From: a virus
Length of the DNA stretch: 64,000 nt
Virus record (IMG/VR): IMGVR_UViG_3300030380_006185
Location: 32,001-96,000 of that record
Reading direction: 5' to 3' (one strand)
Shown here: positions 1 through 9,376 of the stretch, in pieces
Position numbering within the stretch: position 1 is the first letter of the stretch
Layout of the letters: the number at the start of each line of letters is the position of its first letter
Position numbers and translations under genes: made by a program
Notes under the pieces: generated by a model
The model's database searches: none
What the model was told of the DNA's origin: nothing
The model's input: the letters and a program-made list of their open reading frames with translations, nothing else

Positions 1-1156
1 TTTTTTTACCTCTTGGTAAAACTAAAGATGTTTTTTCTAAAATATCTTCATTTAAGTTTTCTTCTAAATTTTGATTTACAGGAATTTGTCTTACATCTTT
101 AGGGCCAAAATTAGAAGGATAAGGTTCTATAATATTACTTATTTTAATATTATTTTCTTCCATAGTAATTTCAAATGGGGATGGGGAAACATTAGTATAA
201 TAATCATAATAAAATTTAACTTTATCAAAATTAGTATCTATAGCTTCATTAGTTTTTTGTTTTTTTAAACGTTGAGTTTTTTTCTTAGATGCTTCTTTAC
301 GTTTTTTAATATATTCAAAAGCAGAACGTAATTTAGCTTTCTTTTGAGGATCTTTTGTTCTACTTAAAGCAGCTCTTACTCTTTGGTGTATTAAATTAAT
401 TACTTGAGATTGACGAGCATGAGATTTAGATTTAAAAGAAGTTTTATTTAAAGTATCTATTATGTCTTGTCTTGTAGAAAATTTAACTTTAACAGTATCT
501 TTTGGATTTTCATCTGTATACAAACGTCTACCTGATCCTTTAGGTTTTTTACCTGTACCTTTTTTAGGATCACCTTCATTTAAAGTAGATGATGTTAAAA
601 TATTCCAAATTTCATCTAGATTAGCATTAATAGGTATAAAAAATTTAAAAACTTCTTTATCATTATTCATTAATGCTTTTCTAGCATTAGTACCACTCAT
701 TCCACCATCTGGGGTAGATGTTATTTTTAAATCTAAATTTGGATGTTTATCTATAGATACTGATCTAGCTGATATATCTTGCATATCATCTTCTCTTCCT
801 TCTCTTGCTCCTATAATCCAATATATAGAATCTTCAGGATTGTCTTTAGCATATCTATAAATATCTCCAATTGGGGAAACTGATTTTTCTATTCTGACTG
901 GTTTACCAATTAAAGGTTTATAATGTTCATCCCAAATTTTATATGCTTGATCTTGTGTAATCCCATCTCTTACTTTACTCCCAACATAAATTATAATATT
1001 ATCTATTTCAGGATTATCTTTTAAGGCATTTTGAATTACAGCTAAATGACCTGCAGTAGGTGGTTTAAATCCACCACCAAAAACAGCAGTAACCTCTTTA
1101 CCATCTATACTTTCAGGTAAAAGATCTTTAATGAGTGATTTAGTTAAGGAATCCAT
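1..1156 (-). CDS. Partial (runs off left edge) multidomain protein: N-terminal HxGH-superfamily nucleotidyl/cytidylyltransferase plus further basic domains; probable head-packaged protein
   Basis: Not in the ORF track. Hand translation from ATG at 1156 stays open to base 1: MDSLTKSLIKDLLPESIDGKEVTAVFGGGFKPPTAGHL...GGMSGTNARKAL...TLNEGDPKKGTGKKPKGSGRRLYTDENPKDTV... GGFKPPTAGH and MSGT match the (T/H)xGH and S-(S/A/G)-T motifs. Confidence 0.8.
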   Translation of the reverse strand, partial: MDSLTKSLIKDLLPESIDGKEVTAVFGGGFKPPTAGHLAVIQNALKDNPEIDNIIIYVGSKVRDGITQDQAYKIWDEHYKPLIGKPVRIEKSVSPIGDIYRYAKDNPEDSIYWIIGAREGREDDMQDISARSVSIDKHPNLDLKITSTPDGGMSGTNARKALMNNDKEVFKFFIPINANLDEIWNILTSSTLNEGDPKKGTGKKPKGSGRRLYTDENPKDTVKVKFSTRQDIIDTLNKTSFKSKSHARQSQVINLIHQRVRAALSRTKDPQKKAKLRSAFEYIKKRKEASKKKTQRLKKQKTNEAIDTNFDKVKFYYDYYTNVSPSPFEITMEENNIKISNIIEPYPSNFGPKDVRQIPVNQNLEENLNEDILEKTSLVLPRGKK

Positions 1157-1901
1157 TTATTTTACTTTTTATTTGGTCTTGGGATGTAAATTCAGGTAAG
1201 TCTGAGAGTAGTTGTTTAATAGAGGATTCAAGTTCTTGTTGTTCAGCTTTCTTTTTTTCTATTTCTTCGTCACTATATTCACGAGCAGCAGTTACTTGAT
1301 CAAAATAATTTTGAACTTCTTTTTCATTATATGTTTTATCTACTCCTTTAGGGTCATTATTTACTAAAATAAAATTATCTCCAAACATGTTTTGAAAAGT
1401 ATTAATATTTTTATTTACTTTTTCCCAAGTACGAACTATAATTGAAGGGCGAAGTGATCTACCTCCTGCTTCTCCTCTAGATCTATTACGTTCTAAAGAT
1501 ACAAGTGGTGAAACATATATCATTACCATCATTGTATCATATCCTAAATCTTCTAATTGTGTTTTTTTCTTTAATATAGGATTTGAAGCTGCTCCGGTAC
1601 CATCAATTATAATACTTTCTCCCTCTTCTTGAGCAGATTGTAGTTTTGCTGTTGTTTCTTTACGAGCTCTACTCATTAATTTAGATGATTGAGACAATTC
1701 ATCTGAAGTAAAAGTTGATTGAGGTTTATCTAAGCCTGCTTGTTTAAGTAATTCTTCATATGTGTCATCTACATTAATTACTTTTAAATTAGGGATATTA
1801 TTTTTAATAAAAGTGGATTTACCACTTCCTGCAGGTCCAGCTAAAAATATGGCTTTAGGTGGGGATTGGATCTCTTTTAATAGTTTTACTAGACTTACCA
1901 T
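1140..1901 (-). CDS. P-loop kinase (Zeta-toxin/AAA_33-like)
   Basis: PKAIFLAGPAGSGKST Walker A, INVDD, IIIDGTG and ERNRSR lid motifs. Confidence 0.8.
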   Translation of the reverse strand: MVSLVKLLKEIQSPPKAIFLAGPAGSGKSTFIKNNIPNLKVINVDDTYEELLKQAGLDKPQSTFTSDELSQSSKLMSRARKETTAKLQSAQEEGESIIIDGTGAASNPILKKKTQLEDLGYDTMMVMIYVSPLVSLERNRSRGEAGGRSLRPSIIVRTWEKVNKNINTFQNMFGDNFILVNNDPKGVDKTYNEKEVQNYFDQVTAAREYSDEEIEKKKAEQQELESSIKQLLSDLPEFTSQDQIKSKINGFLN

Positions 1902-1912
1902 GATTATACATA

Positions 1913-2698
1913 TTAAAGTTTTCTTTTAGCAACCGTTTTAAATTCAGTAAATATTGGAGAATGTCTAGGATTTTCTAAATCAAATAATTTTTTAACAGTT
2001 TTAAAAATATCTAAATTTTCTTCTTGTGTACGTTTTGATTCATACATTTCCCATCCTTTACCCTGTATTTTATCTTTTGAAGGTTTTCTTTTACTAGATT
2101 TTAGCCATAAAATACCATAACGATCCGCTTCTTTACCAAAACATTCTTTATACATTTGTCCATAAACAGCTGTTTGTAAATCATATGTTGTTTGAAGATG
2201 GTTTGAAGTTTTAAAATCAATAATCCATAATTCTGTTTTACCATTAATTTCAATTTCACATACCATATCACAAGTACCTGCTACTTTTAATTCATCTGAA
2301 AATAAATGTACTTCTGTTTCAATTAAGGTAGGGTTGTATTCCTCCCAAAAATCAACGAAACGTAAAAACATTTGCCATACATCAGGATTATGTTGTGGAT
2401 AACCATTTTTATCTAAAAAATTAAGTTCTTTACCATTAAGATAATCTTCACACATTTCATGAACTTGAGTACCTTCTTCAGATGCTTTTTTAACAATCCA
2501 ATCTGCAGAATGTCCTACTTTTTTTAGCCAATCTTGAAAAAATTTACCTTTAGGATAATAACTTAAAACATAAGTTACAGAAGGATAATACTTACCATTT
2601 CTACGATAATATCTGGAATCTGGTAGGGTTATTTGTTTCGCGTCTTCAGAAATTTCTAAGATACGGTTATAAGATTTTTTTACATTTCTTTTCTTCAT
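1913..2698 (-). CDS. PD-(D/E)XK phage exonuclease
   Basis: YPSVTYVL, GTQVH, E..L.S...AGTCD, IIDFKTS, LQTAVY motifs. Confidence 0.85.
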   Translation of the reverse strand: MKKRNVKKSYNRILEISEDAKQITLPDSRYYRRNGKYYPSVTYVLSYYPKGKFFQDWLKKVGHSADWIVKKASEEGTQVHEMCEDYLNGKELNFLDKNGYPQHNPDVWQMFLRFVDFWEEYNPTLIETEVHLFSDELKVAGTCDMVCEIEINGKTELWIIDFKTSNHLQTTYDLQTAVYGQMYKECFGKEADRYGILWLKSSKRKPSKDKIQGKGWEMYESKRTQEENLDIFKTVKKLFDLENPRHSPIFTEFKTVAKRKL

Positions 2699-3624
2699 AT
2701 GAGAGATAATTTTTTCTCCATAAGATTATATTCAGTTAATGGAGTAACTGTTTGTATTAGTTTAGTAAAGTTTTCAAAACCTAACTCACTTGGGTCTTTC
2801 CCTTGCAATTCAACAAAATAAACTTCTTTTCCAACATTTAAAAGTTGTTCACAAAATTTTAAAGCTTGTTTTATTGCATCATTATCTAAAGCAATATATA
2901 TTTTTTCAACTTTAGATTCAACTATTTTTTTCATTAAAGACGGTTGAATGTTTTTACCAAATAATGGTATAGCATTACGTTTAATAGCCATAGCATCAAA
3001 AGGTCCTTCACATAGTATAATGGGTAAATCCCAATTAATAAATAATTCAAACGGTATAATATCGCGTGAAGCATCAGGATTACGGTATTTTATATAAGGG
3101 TCTTTTTCAAATGATCTCGCGGTAAAATAATTTAATTTACCATTGTTATCATATGAAGGTATAACAACCATTTTAGAATATCTACCATAATCACAATATC
3201 CTATATTATATTTTAAAATATCTTGTACTGTTACATTTCTTTTTTTTAAATACGAATAAGCATGTTTTGCTATAATATCTTTATTATTTGAAAACTTTTT
3301 AAATTCTTTTGGTAACTCTAGTTGTTCTATTTTAATAACATGATTTTCATTACTAGATACGTTTTTTACTAACTTAGATAGTTCTTGAAAATAATCAGAT
3401 GATACATTTAACTGTTTGAATAAACTTCTTATAGTTTTGCCTTTTTTACCACATACCCAACATTGCCATAAATTAATACCTTTTTTACTTTCTGTATAAT
3501 TTACTTCTAATTTAGGTTTATGGTGGTGGCAAAAAGGACAGTTATGAGCTTGATTACCTCGAGCAGTACGCTTTCCTTTACCTAAAACTTTGTTTACTAG
3601 ATTAACCAGTAGTTCATTTACCAT
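2695..3624 (-). CDS. DNA primase (Zn-finger + TOPRIM, T4 gp61-like)
   Basis: CPFC...CWVC Zn ribbon; ILCEGPFDAM and IALDND TOPRIM motifs. Confidence 0.9.
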   Translation of the reverse strand: MVNELLVNLVNKVLGKGKRTARGNQAHNCPFCHHHKPKLEVNYTESKKGINLWQCWVCGKKGKTIRSLFKQLNVSSDYFQELSKLVKNVSSNENHVIKIEQLELPKEFKKFSNNKDIIAKHAYSYLKKRNVTVQDILKYNIGYCDYGRYSKMVVIPSYDNNGKLNYFTARSFEKDPYIKYRNPDASRDIIPFELFINWDLPIILCEGPFDAMAIKRNAIPLFGKNIQPSLMKKIVESKVEKIYIALDNDAIKQALKFCEQLLNVGKEVYFVELQGKDPSELGFENFTKLIQTVTPLTEYNLMEKKLSLI

Positions 3625-3650
3625 ATAAATAATGTATGAAATGGATTTTG

Positions 3651-4097
3651 CTAATCAAAATCTTTTCTAAAAAACTTGCCTAAAATGTTATCATTATAGT
3701 ACATTTCGGGTTCTTCTAAAACTCTATACACAAATAAAACTTGTGTTTCGTAATATGTTAGTAATTTTTTTGTTGGTGCAAATTTTAAAATTTCTTTAGT
3801 AAAATTTTCTTTTGGTTCTGTCTTTAATAATTCATTTAAAGGTTTATTTGATCCCCAATAAGTTTTCCAATCAGATTCTTTAGTTGCTATTTTATAACCT
3901 GGTTTACGGCCTACTATTCCTTCATATAAAGCTAAATCTTTTTTTGTTAATTTAACTTTACGATTATGATATAATACCTTTTTACCAATATAAGATTTAT
4001 TAGTTGATATATGAGTTATTTTATAAATAAACCCAAATGTGTTTTCTGGGAATTGAGAAAGATCCTCAATTTGTTTTTTGTTATATGTCCAGTTCAT
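3651..4097 (-). CDS. GIY-YIG endonuclease (T4 endonuclease II/DenA-like)
   Basis: GFIYKIT...YIGKK, WKTYWGS, YYNDNI motifs. Confidence 0.8.
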   Translation of the reverse strand: MNWTYNKKQIEDLSQFPENTFGFIYKITHISTNKSYIGKKVLYHNRKVKLTKKDLALYEGIVGRKPGYKIATKESDWKTYWGSNKPLNELLKTEPKENFTKEILKFAPTKKLLTYYETQVLFVYRVLEEPEMYYNDNILGKFFRKDFD

Positions 4098-4101
4098 GAT
4101 T

Positions 4102-5064
4102 TTATAAGTCTAAGTTAACAAGAATAGAAGTATCTGTAACTTGAGAGATTGGGAGAGGTTGAGCTAATTTTGCTACTGCAATTAATTCTTTAGCATTATT
4201 ATACATACCTACTGTGGTTACATAGGGAGTAAAGTATGAGCCTGTTGCAAAATCATATAAAGTACTATCTAGAGAACTACCTGTTATTAATGTTGGATTT
4301 TGTGAAAAATTAAACTCATTTTGGCGTAATGTACATTTATATTGGGATTCATATATAGTAGATGTACTTTCAAATGAACAAGTAAAATCTGGGGTGTTAA
4401 TGAATTCATTTATAAATGCTTGATCACTAAGACCATAAATAGCTGTTCCATAATTTACATAACCATAACCATCATCTCCTATAGGTTCAATTCCATCACT
4501 AGTTAAAACTATAATACCATGTTCATATATTATATCCCCTACTTTTAAAGATCCTGTAAGCATGTTTCCATTTCCATCATCAGTAATAGTATAATTTGGA
4601 GTAGAAATAGTTATAGAATCAAGTTTTATATGTTCACCATATAAGTTAGAAGGTATAGAAATAACTCCTATTATTTGATCTGATCCTGTTGGTATATATC
4701 TATTAGCTAATAAAGTTGAAGATAGATAGTTATAGTAATTAGGGGTATATCTAGGACCTGTTACTGTTCCATCATTATTAAATGATGCTGTACCTGCAGG
4801 TGCACCATCGTCCCCACCTATAAAGTTAGAGTAATATAATTCTTTAATTGAATCATATATTAGTTTTTTATCTTGGGTTGTAACATATCCTGTTGGATTT
4901 GAACCAGAGACATATAAAGATGAAATGATGTTTTGACCAATATACCTATCTATAGAAACATTAGATGCGGTAAGTGCAGATGCACCTTGAAAAGAAAAGG
5001 ATTTATTTACCTCAAAAGGAGATACTACAATATCTGATGTTATAAATGGTTTGTAAACACTCAT
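4102..5064 (-). CDS. Virion structural protein (baseplate/tail-collar-like C-terminus)
   Basis: C-terminal VGMYNNAKELIAVAKLAQPL, shared with the adjacent gene; S/T/G rich; within the baseplate module. Confidence 0.6.
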   Translation of the reverse strand: MSVYKPFITSDIVVSPFEVNKSFSFQGASALTASNVSIDRYIGQNIISSLYVSGSNPTGYVTTQDKKLIYDSIKELYYSNFIGGDDGAPAGTASFNNDGTVTGPRYTPNYYNYLSSTLLANRYIPTGSDQIIGVISIPSNLYGEHIKLDSITISTPNYTITDDGNGNMLTGSLKVGDIIYEHGIIVLTSDGIEPIGDDGYGYVNYGTAIYGLSDQAFINEFINTPDFTCSFESTSTIYESQYKCTLRQNEFNFSQNPTLITGSSLDSTLYDFATGSYFTPYVTTVGMYNNAKELIAVAKLAQPLPISQVTDTSILVNLDL

Positions 5065-5069
5065 TCATT

Positions 5070-6095
5070 TTAAAAATCTAATTTAACTCTTACTAATGAT
5101 TCTTTAGTAAAGTCTTTCAATAATGGTTTTGATAATTTAGCTACAGCTAATAACTCATTACTATCATTATACATTCCTACTGTAGTTGCATATACTTGAG
5201 GATGATTAACAAAAGCATCATATATTACCTCACCTGTTGAACCTGATATAAATGAAGGGTTTTCGGAATAATTAAACTCACTATTTCTTGCTCTAACAAA
5301 TATATAATCAGAAGTAATTGTTTCTTCTGAATTTAACTCAAATGAAGAACCAGATATTATAGAATTAACTAATATTTTTGGGTTATTATCTGTATTACTA
5401 AGAGCGGAATTTCTTAATGTATCAACTCCTATAGATTGAGAAATAGCATCTGGGTTTAATAAAATAGTTCCTAAATCTGGGAATACTAAACCATAAGAAC
5501 CTGAACCAGGTACATAACCACCATTTGCTAAACCACGTGATGTACCATTTGATCCTGAAATTAGTTGGAAGTATCTTGAAGATCCTAAAAATCTATTAAC
5601 AGGGTTGTCTTGAGAGTCATCTGTTAGATTAATTTCTTCAATTCCTCCAGACCCTGATAGTTTTAAGTTAAGGGATCCAGGGAATAAACTTTCTTTATAT
5701 TGTGCTCTATCAATGGATATTACCCAAAAGTGACTACCGGTTATTATATTAGTACTAGAACCAAAAATAAAATCAGCATTTTCATCTTCTAATATTAATG
5801 CTCTATATTGACCATAAACTGATAGAGATGGTGATTTCCCATCAACTACTGTATTATAAACTTGACTACCACTTCCTACTGAATCAGCATAGGCTATTTC
5901 AAATTGTGGGGTAGCAGAAGTTAGTGTAGAGGCTGTTTGATAAACAGTTAAATAAAAATCTCCTGATGATCCTGCCTCTTGGACAGATGAAGTAAAAAAC
6001 TGTGTTAATGTTGGAGCACCTGTTGACCATAAAGTAGAAGTAATTGAATCACTACTTACTACAAAGTCTTCGGCATCAAATCTTTTAAATGACAT
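5070..6095 (-). CDS. Virion structural protein, paralog of 4102..5064
   Basis: EFNYSENPSFISGS...VGMYNDSNELLAVAKLSKPL. Confidence 0.6.
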   Translation of the reverse strand: MSFKRFDAEDFVVSSDSITSTLWSTGAPTLTQFFTSSVQEAGSSGDFYLTVYQTASTLTSATPQFEIAYADSVGSGSQVYNTVVDGKSPSLSVYGQYRALILEDENADFIFGSSTNIITGSHFWVISIDRAQYKESLFPGSLNLKLSGSGGIEEINLTDDSQDNPVNRFLGSSRYFQLISGSNGTSRGLANGGYVPGSGSYGLVFPDLGTILLNPDAISQSIGVDTLRNSALSNTDNNPKILVNSIISGSSFELNSEETITSDYIFVRARNSEFNYSENPSFISGSTGEVIYDAFVNHPQVYATTVGMYNDSNELLAVAKLSKPLLKDFTKESLVRVKLDF

Positions 6096-6104
6096 AATTT
6101 AGTT

Positions 6105-6770
6105 TTATTCTTTGGTTGTTTGTGTAATAGTTAATGGGATTGTTAATCTTGCTCCACTATCTAATCCTACTACAGTTAAAGTAGCAGCTAATGAGGTATT
6201 AGATCCAAATAATGTATTTACAGTTGTTGCTCTTAGATTAATTTGAGATCCAATAATTGTTCTAGAAACATTAGTTCCTAGTGTTGTAGTTGCAGTATTA
6301 GCTGCTTGAGCAGCATCTGTGTTGATTCCAATACCATCAAATGTTGATAATAATCTAACATCAGAAATTGTAGCAGAATATCCACTAGTTTCAAATGTTT
6401 GGTTATTCCCTAAAAAGTTTAAGGTTTGAGGGGTGATTGCGAGAGAAGCTCCTTGTTTTAGCGTTACAGCAGAATATCCTAAATCAAGTACAGGTAATTT
6501 AGCTGTTCCACGAGGTAGAGTTGCTAATTTGTACTTCATAATTTGAGTTTCAATTGGGAATGCCTCAAGTAGGGGCATATTTTCAATTGCTTCTCCATAA
6601 AATGTAGATCCTGAAGGGTGTGTAGGATTATATAGAGTGTAATCTATTTCATCATCTGCTAAAGCAAACTGTGTGATTTGGAAAGAACCATCATTTTTAG
6701 CTAATAATTCTCTTCCTTTTTTTGTTAGTATGGCGTCAACTGTTATGACTTGGTTATTTAAATATCCCAT
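6105..6770 (-). CDS. Baseplate/tail-collar-like structural protein
   Basis: DAILTKKGRELLA...ITQFALAD resembles the N-terminus of tail-collar/fibre attachment domains. Confidence 0.55.
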   Translation of the reverse strand: MGYLNNQVITVDAILTKKGRELLAKNDGSFQITQFALADDEIDYTLYNPTHPSGSTFYGEAIENMPLLEAFPIETQIMKYKLATLPRGTAKLPVLDLGYSAVTLKQGASLAITPQTLNFLGNNQTFETSGYSATISDVRLLSTFDGIGINTDAAQAANTATTTLGTNVSRTIIGSQINLRATTVNTLFGSNTSLAATLTVVGLDSGARLTIPLTITQTTKE

Positions 6771-6811
6771 TTTTTATTATAGTTATTATTGCAATATATT
6801 AATAAATATTA

Positions 6812-9358
6812 CTAGAGCAAACCTTTTTCGGTAAGAATCGTAATATATTCATCTACTTTTTTATTCATTTTAGGAACTACATACTCAGGTGTTATAATAA
6901 ACGGACCAGTTGAATTTTCTGGTTTGAATCCTTCCATAATAACTTGTGAAGCATCATCAACATATCTTCTAATTAAAAAGTGATCTAAGTTAAAAGCATC
7001 AAAACTGGCACTTATAGGTAAATTTTTATCAAATTGTACTTCTATTGAACCTGTTGGGGTAATTCTTGAACCAGCCCCTTCATTTGGACCATATACTTTT
7101 TTAACCATATATGTAAATCTTTCATCTCCCTCAAATCTAAATTCATCTCCATATTTAATAGACCAAGGTAAAGCAATAGGATTAAGACCAGAATTAGGTA
7201 CAGATTGTTGTCTAACATTTAAGTCACCATAAAGTGTTCCTAAGGATCCAGATACATCATCCGAAGAAGTTATTATATTTGGATAATTTGTTTTATCATA
7301 ATAACCCCATATGTCACTATTTGTTGTTTCTGATGGTATGATTAATGAAGTTGGAATTGGGTTTTGGGTAATTGAATAGTTACTCTGATCCAATATTGTT
7401 ATTCCTGGGAAGCTAGGGTGGAAAGCACCATTACCAGGGTCAGCTTGAATTTCAATTGATATTTGATCATTTTCACTAAGTTCAGAAGCTGGGATTGAGA
7501 GGGTAGTAGTGGGGATTGTGGCTAGTAAAGTAAAAGTTCCAAATGCTGTTGGGATTACATCTTTATTAAATCCTATTTCTATTTGGGTAAGACCTACTGT
7601 GTCATTATTTCTTTTTAAAATAACTCCTAAAGTAATATCAGAAGGGAATGGAGAATTGAGGAACCAAATCCAACCAATATCTAAATTAACAGTAAAATTT
7701 AATGTAATGTTTTCTTGTATGGCTCCTAAAGGAACTGTGTAATAACTATACTTTTCATTATTTGGACCGGTTACATTTGTTGTGATATAACTATACCCAC
7801 TATCTTGGTTTGGGGTTAATCTTATTCTTTGGGTTTTAAAATAAGATGGGGTACCCCCAGAATTTATAGTTTCTGCTACATATCCAGTGTTTTGAAAATC
7901 CCCTACAGCACTACCTGAGGTTGCTTGAATATCTACTAATTCAATCTCTGTCCATTGTGCTCCAGGTACACTACCACTTTGGGTAGATAGGATAGGTTCA
8001 AGCCTTTGTCCACCTCTAATTACTGTTCTAAAAGGTGTAGCTTCACCAGACCCAATAGTTTCAGAGCTTATTCTAAATCTTTCTCCAGTTTGAAAAGCAC
8101 CTTGTACATTAGATAAAGAATTTTCGGAAGTATTTGGAATTCCAATATTACCATCTTGGTCAATAATATATAAGATATGTGCTGTTGAGGCATTCATTCT
8201 TTCAGGAGGCCATCCACCTATAAAATCACAATATGCTACAACAGTTTTAAGACTTTCTACTGTTGGTGTTTTACCATAAGTTCCAGTATCTCCTTCTGTC
8301 CAAGTATTTAATTCTTGAGAGGTTGATTTTGAACCTATATAACGTGGTATTATATGTCTACGAGTTGTATAGTTTGAAAATTGTACTTCAGCTCTTGTAG
8401 CACTCCCACTTATTAATAAATCAAAATTAACAGGTTCATTTACCCCAGCAGAATAATCAATATCTTGATATAAATTATGTCTTCTAACTCTTTCAGCATT
8501 ATTTAATAAGGGTTGACAATCAAGTGCTCTATTAAAATCATTTGAACCAAAATATGGTTCTGCAACTAGTCCAACTTGTTGACCTGTTGCATTTGAAGAG
8601 GAAATTGTAAAGGTTGTATCTGAGGTAAAAGAAGCAGTTACTTGTTCATTTCCTGAAGTAGGGAAAGCACCCAAAGCTGCAAATAAAGAATCTCCAGGCT
8701 GCAAACTTGAAGATAATGAAGCAGATATATGGAAACTTGATGTTATTGGGAGAGTTTTATTTAAAGTAAAAGATTGTTTTGAAGAAGGAATACTATAAGG
8801 GGAGGATTGAAGTAATATAGGTTCAACTCCATCTTTTTTTAAGAGAACTAATGCAACTTCAGATGATACACCAAATCCACTAGTAAAGGGTTCAAACATT
8901 ACTGATCCTGAAAAATTAATTTGGAGGGTTTCTTGGGGGTAGGTTAAAAGTCTATATGTATTTAAAGAATTATTATTATCAAAATTAGTAGAAGGCCCAA
9001 GATTTAAAAAATTTAAATTATCATTTGAAGAAGATATTATAGGAAACTTAATATATAAATCAGGTGCACCTGACATATCTTGGGTAGTTTGATATCTTTT
9101 AGATGAATTTAAAATGGATCCTGTAAAATCATATTTTATTTCAGCTCTATCATCCCATTCAACTCCTGCAAGATTTACATAATATAGAAAGAATGTTAAT
9201 CTTTCGGTTATGTTAATAACAGTATATGTAATGTCCCCTGTACTATAAGGTATAGTTATCTTATTAAGAGATTGAAGAGTAGGAGTTTGGTCAACTCCAT
9301 TCTTATCTATTCTAGATATTTTTATATATCTTATTCCATCATTATTTAAAGAGGGCAT
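6812..9358 (-). CDS. Large virion structural protein (baseplate/fibre-associated)
   Basis: 848 aa, S/T/G/N-rich beta-type composition; gene context. Confidence 0.5.
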   Translation of the reverse strand: MPSLNNDGIRYIKISRIDKNGVDQTPTLQSLNKITIPYSTGDITYTVINITERLTFFLYYVNLAGVEWDDRAEIKYDFTGSILNSSKRYQTTQDMSGAPDLYIKFPIISSSNDNLNFLNLGPSTNFDNNNSLNTYRLLTYPQETLQINFSGSVMFEPFTSGFGVSSEVALVLLKKDGVEPILLQSSPYSIPSSKQSFTLNKTLPITSSFHISASLSSSLQPGDSLFAALGAFPTSGNEQVTASFTSDTTFTISSSNATGQQVGLVAEPYFGSNDFNRALDCQPLLNNAERVRRHNLYQDIDYSAGVNEPVNFDLLISGSATRAEVQFSNYTTRRHIIPRYIGSKSTSQELNTWTEGDTGTYGKTPTVESLKTVVAYCDFIGGWPPERMNASTAHILYIIDQDGNIGIPNTSENSLSNVQGAFQTGERFRISSETIGSGEATPFRTVIRGGQRLEPILSTQSGSVPGAQWTEIELVDIQATSGSAVGDFQNTGYVAETINSGGTPSYFKTQRIRLTPNQDSGYSYITTNVTGPNNEKYSYYTVPLGAIQENITLNFTVNLDIGWIWFLNSPFPSDITLGVILKRNNDTVGLTQIEIGFNKDVIPTAFGTFTLLATIPTTTLSIPASELSENDQISIEIQADPGNGAFHPSFPGITILDQSNYSITQNPIPTSLIIPSETTNSDIWGYYDKTNYPNIITSSDDVSGSLGTLYGDLNVRQQSVPNSGLNPIALPWSIKYGDEFRFEGDERFTYMVKKVYGPNEGAGSRITPTGSIEVQFDKNLPISASFDAFNLDHFLIRRYVDDASQVIMEGFKPENSTGPFIITPEYVVPKMNKKVDEYITILTEKGLL

Positions 9359-9376
9359 TCTGTTTTATTTTTAAAA

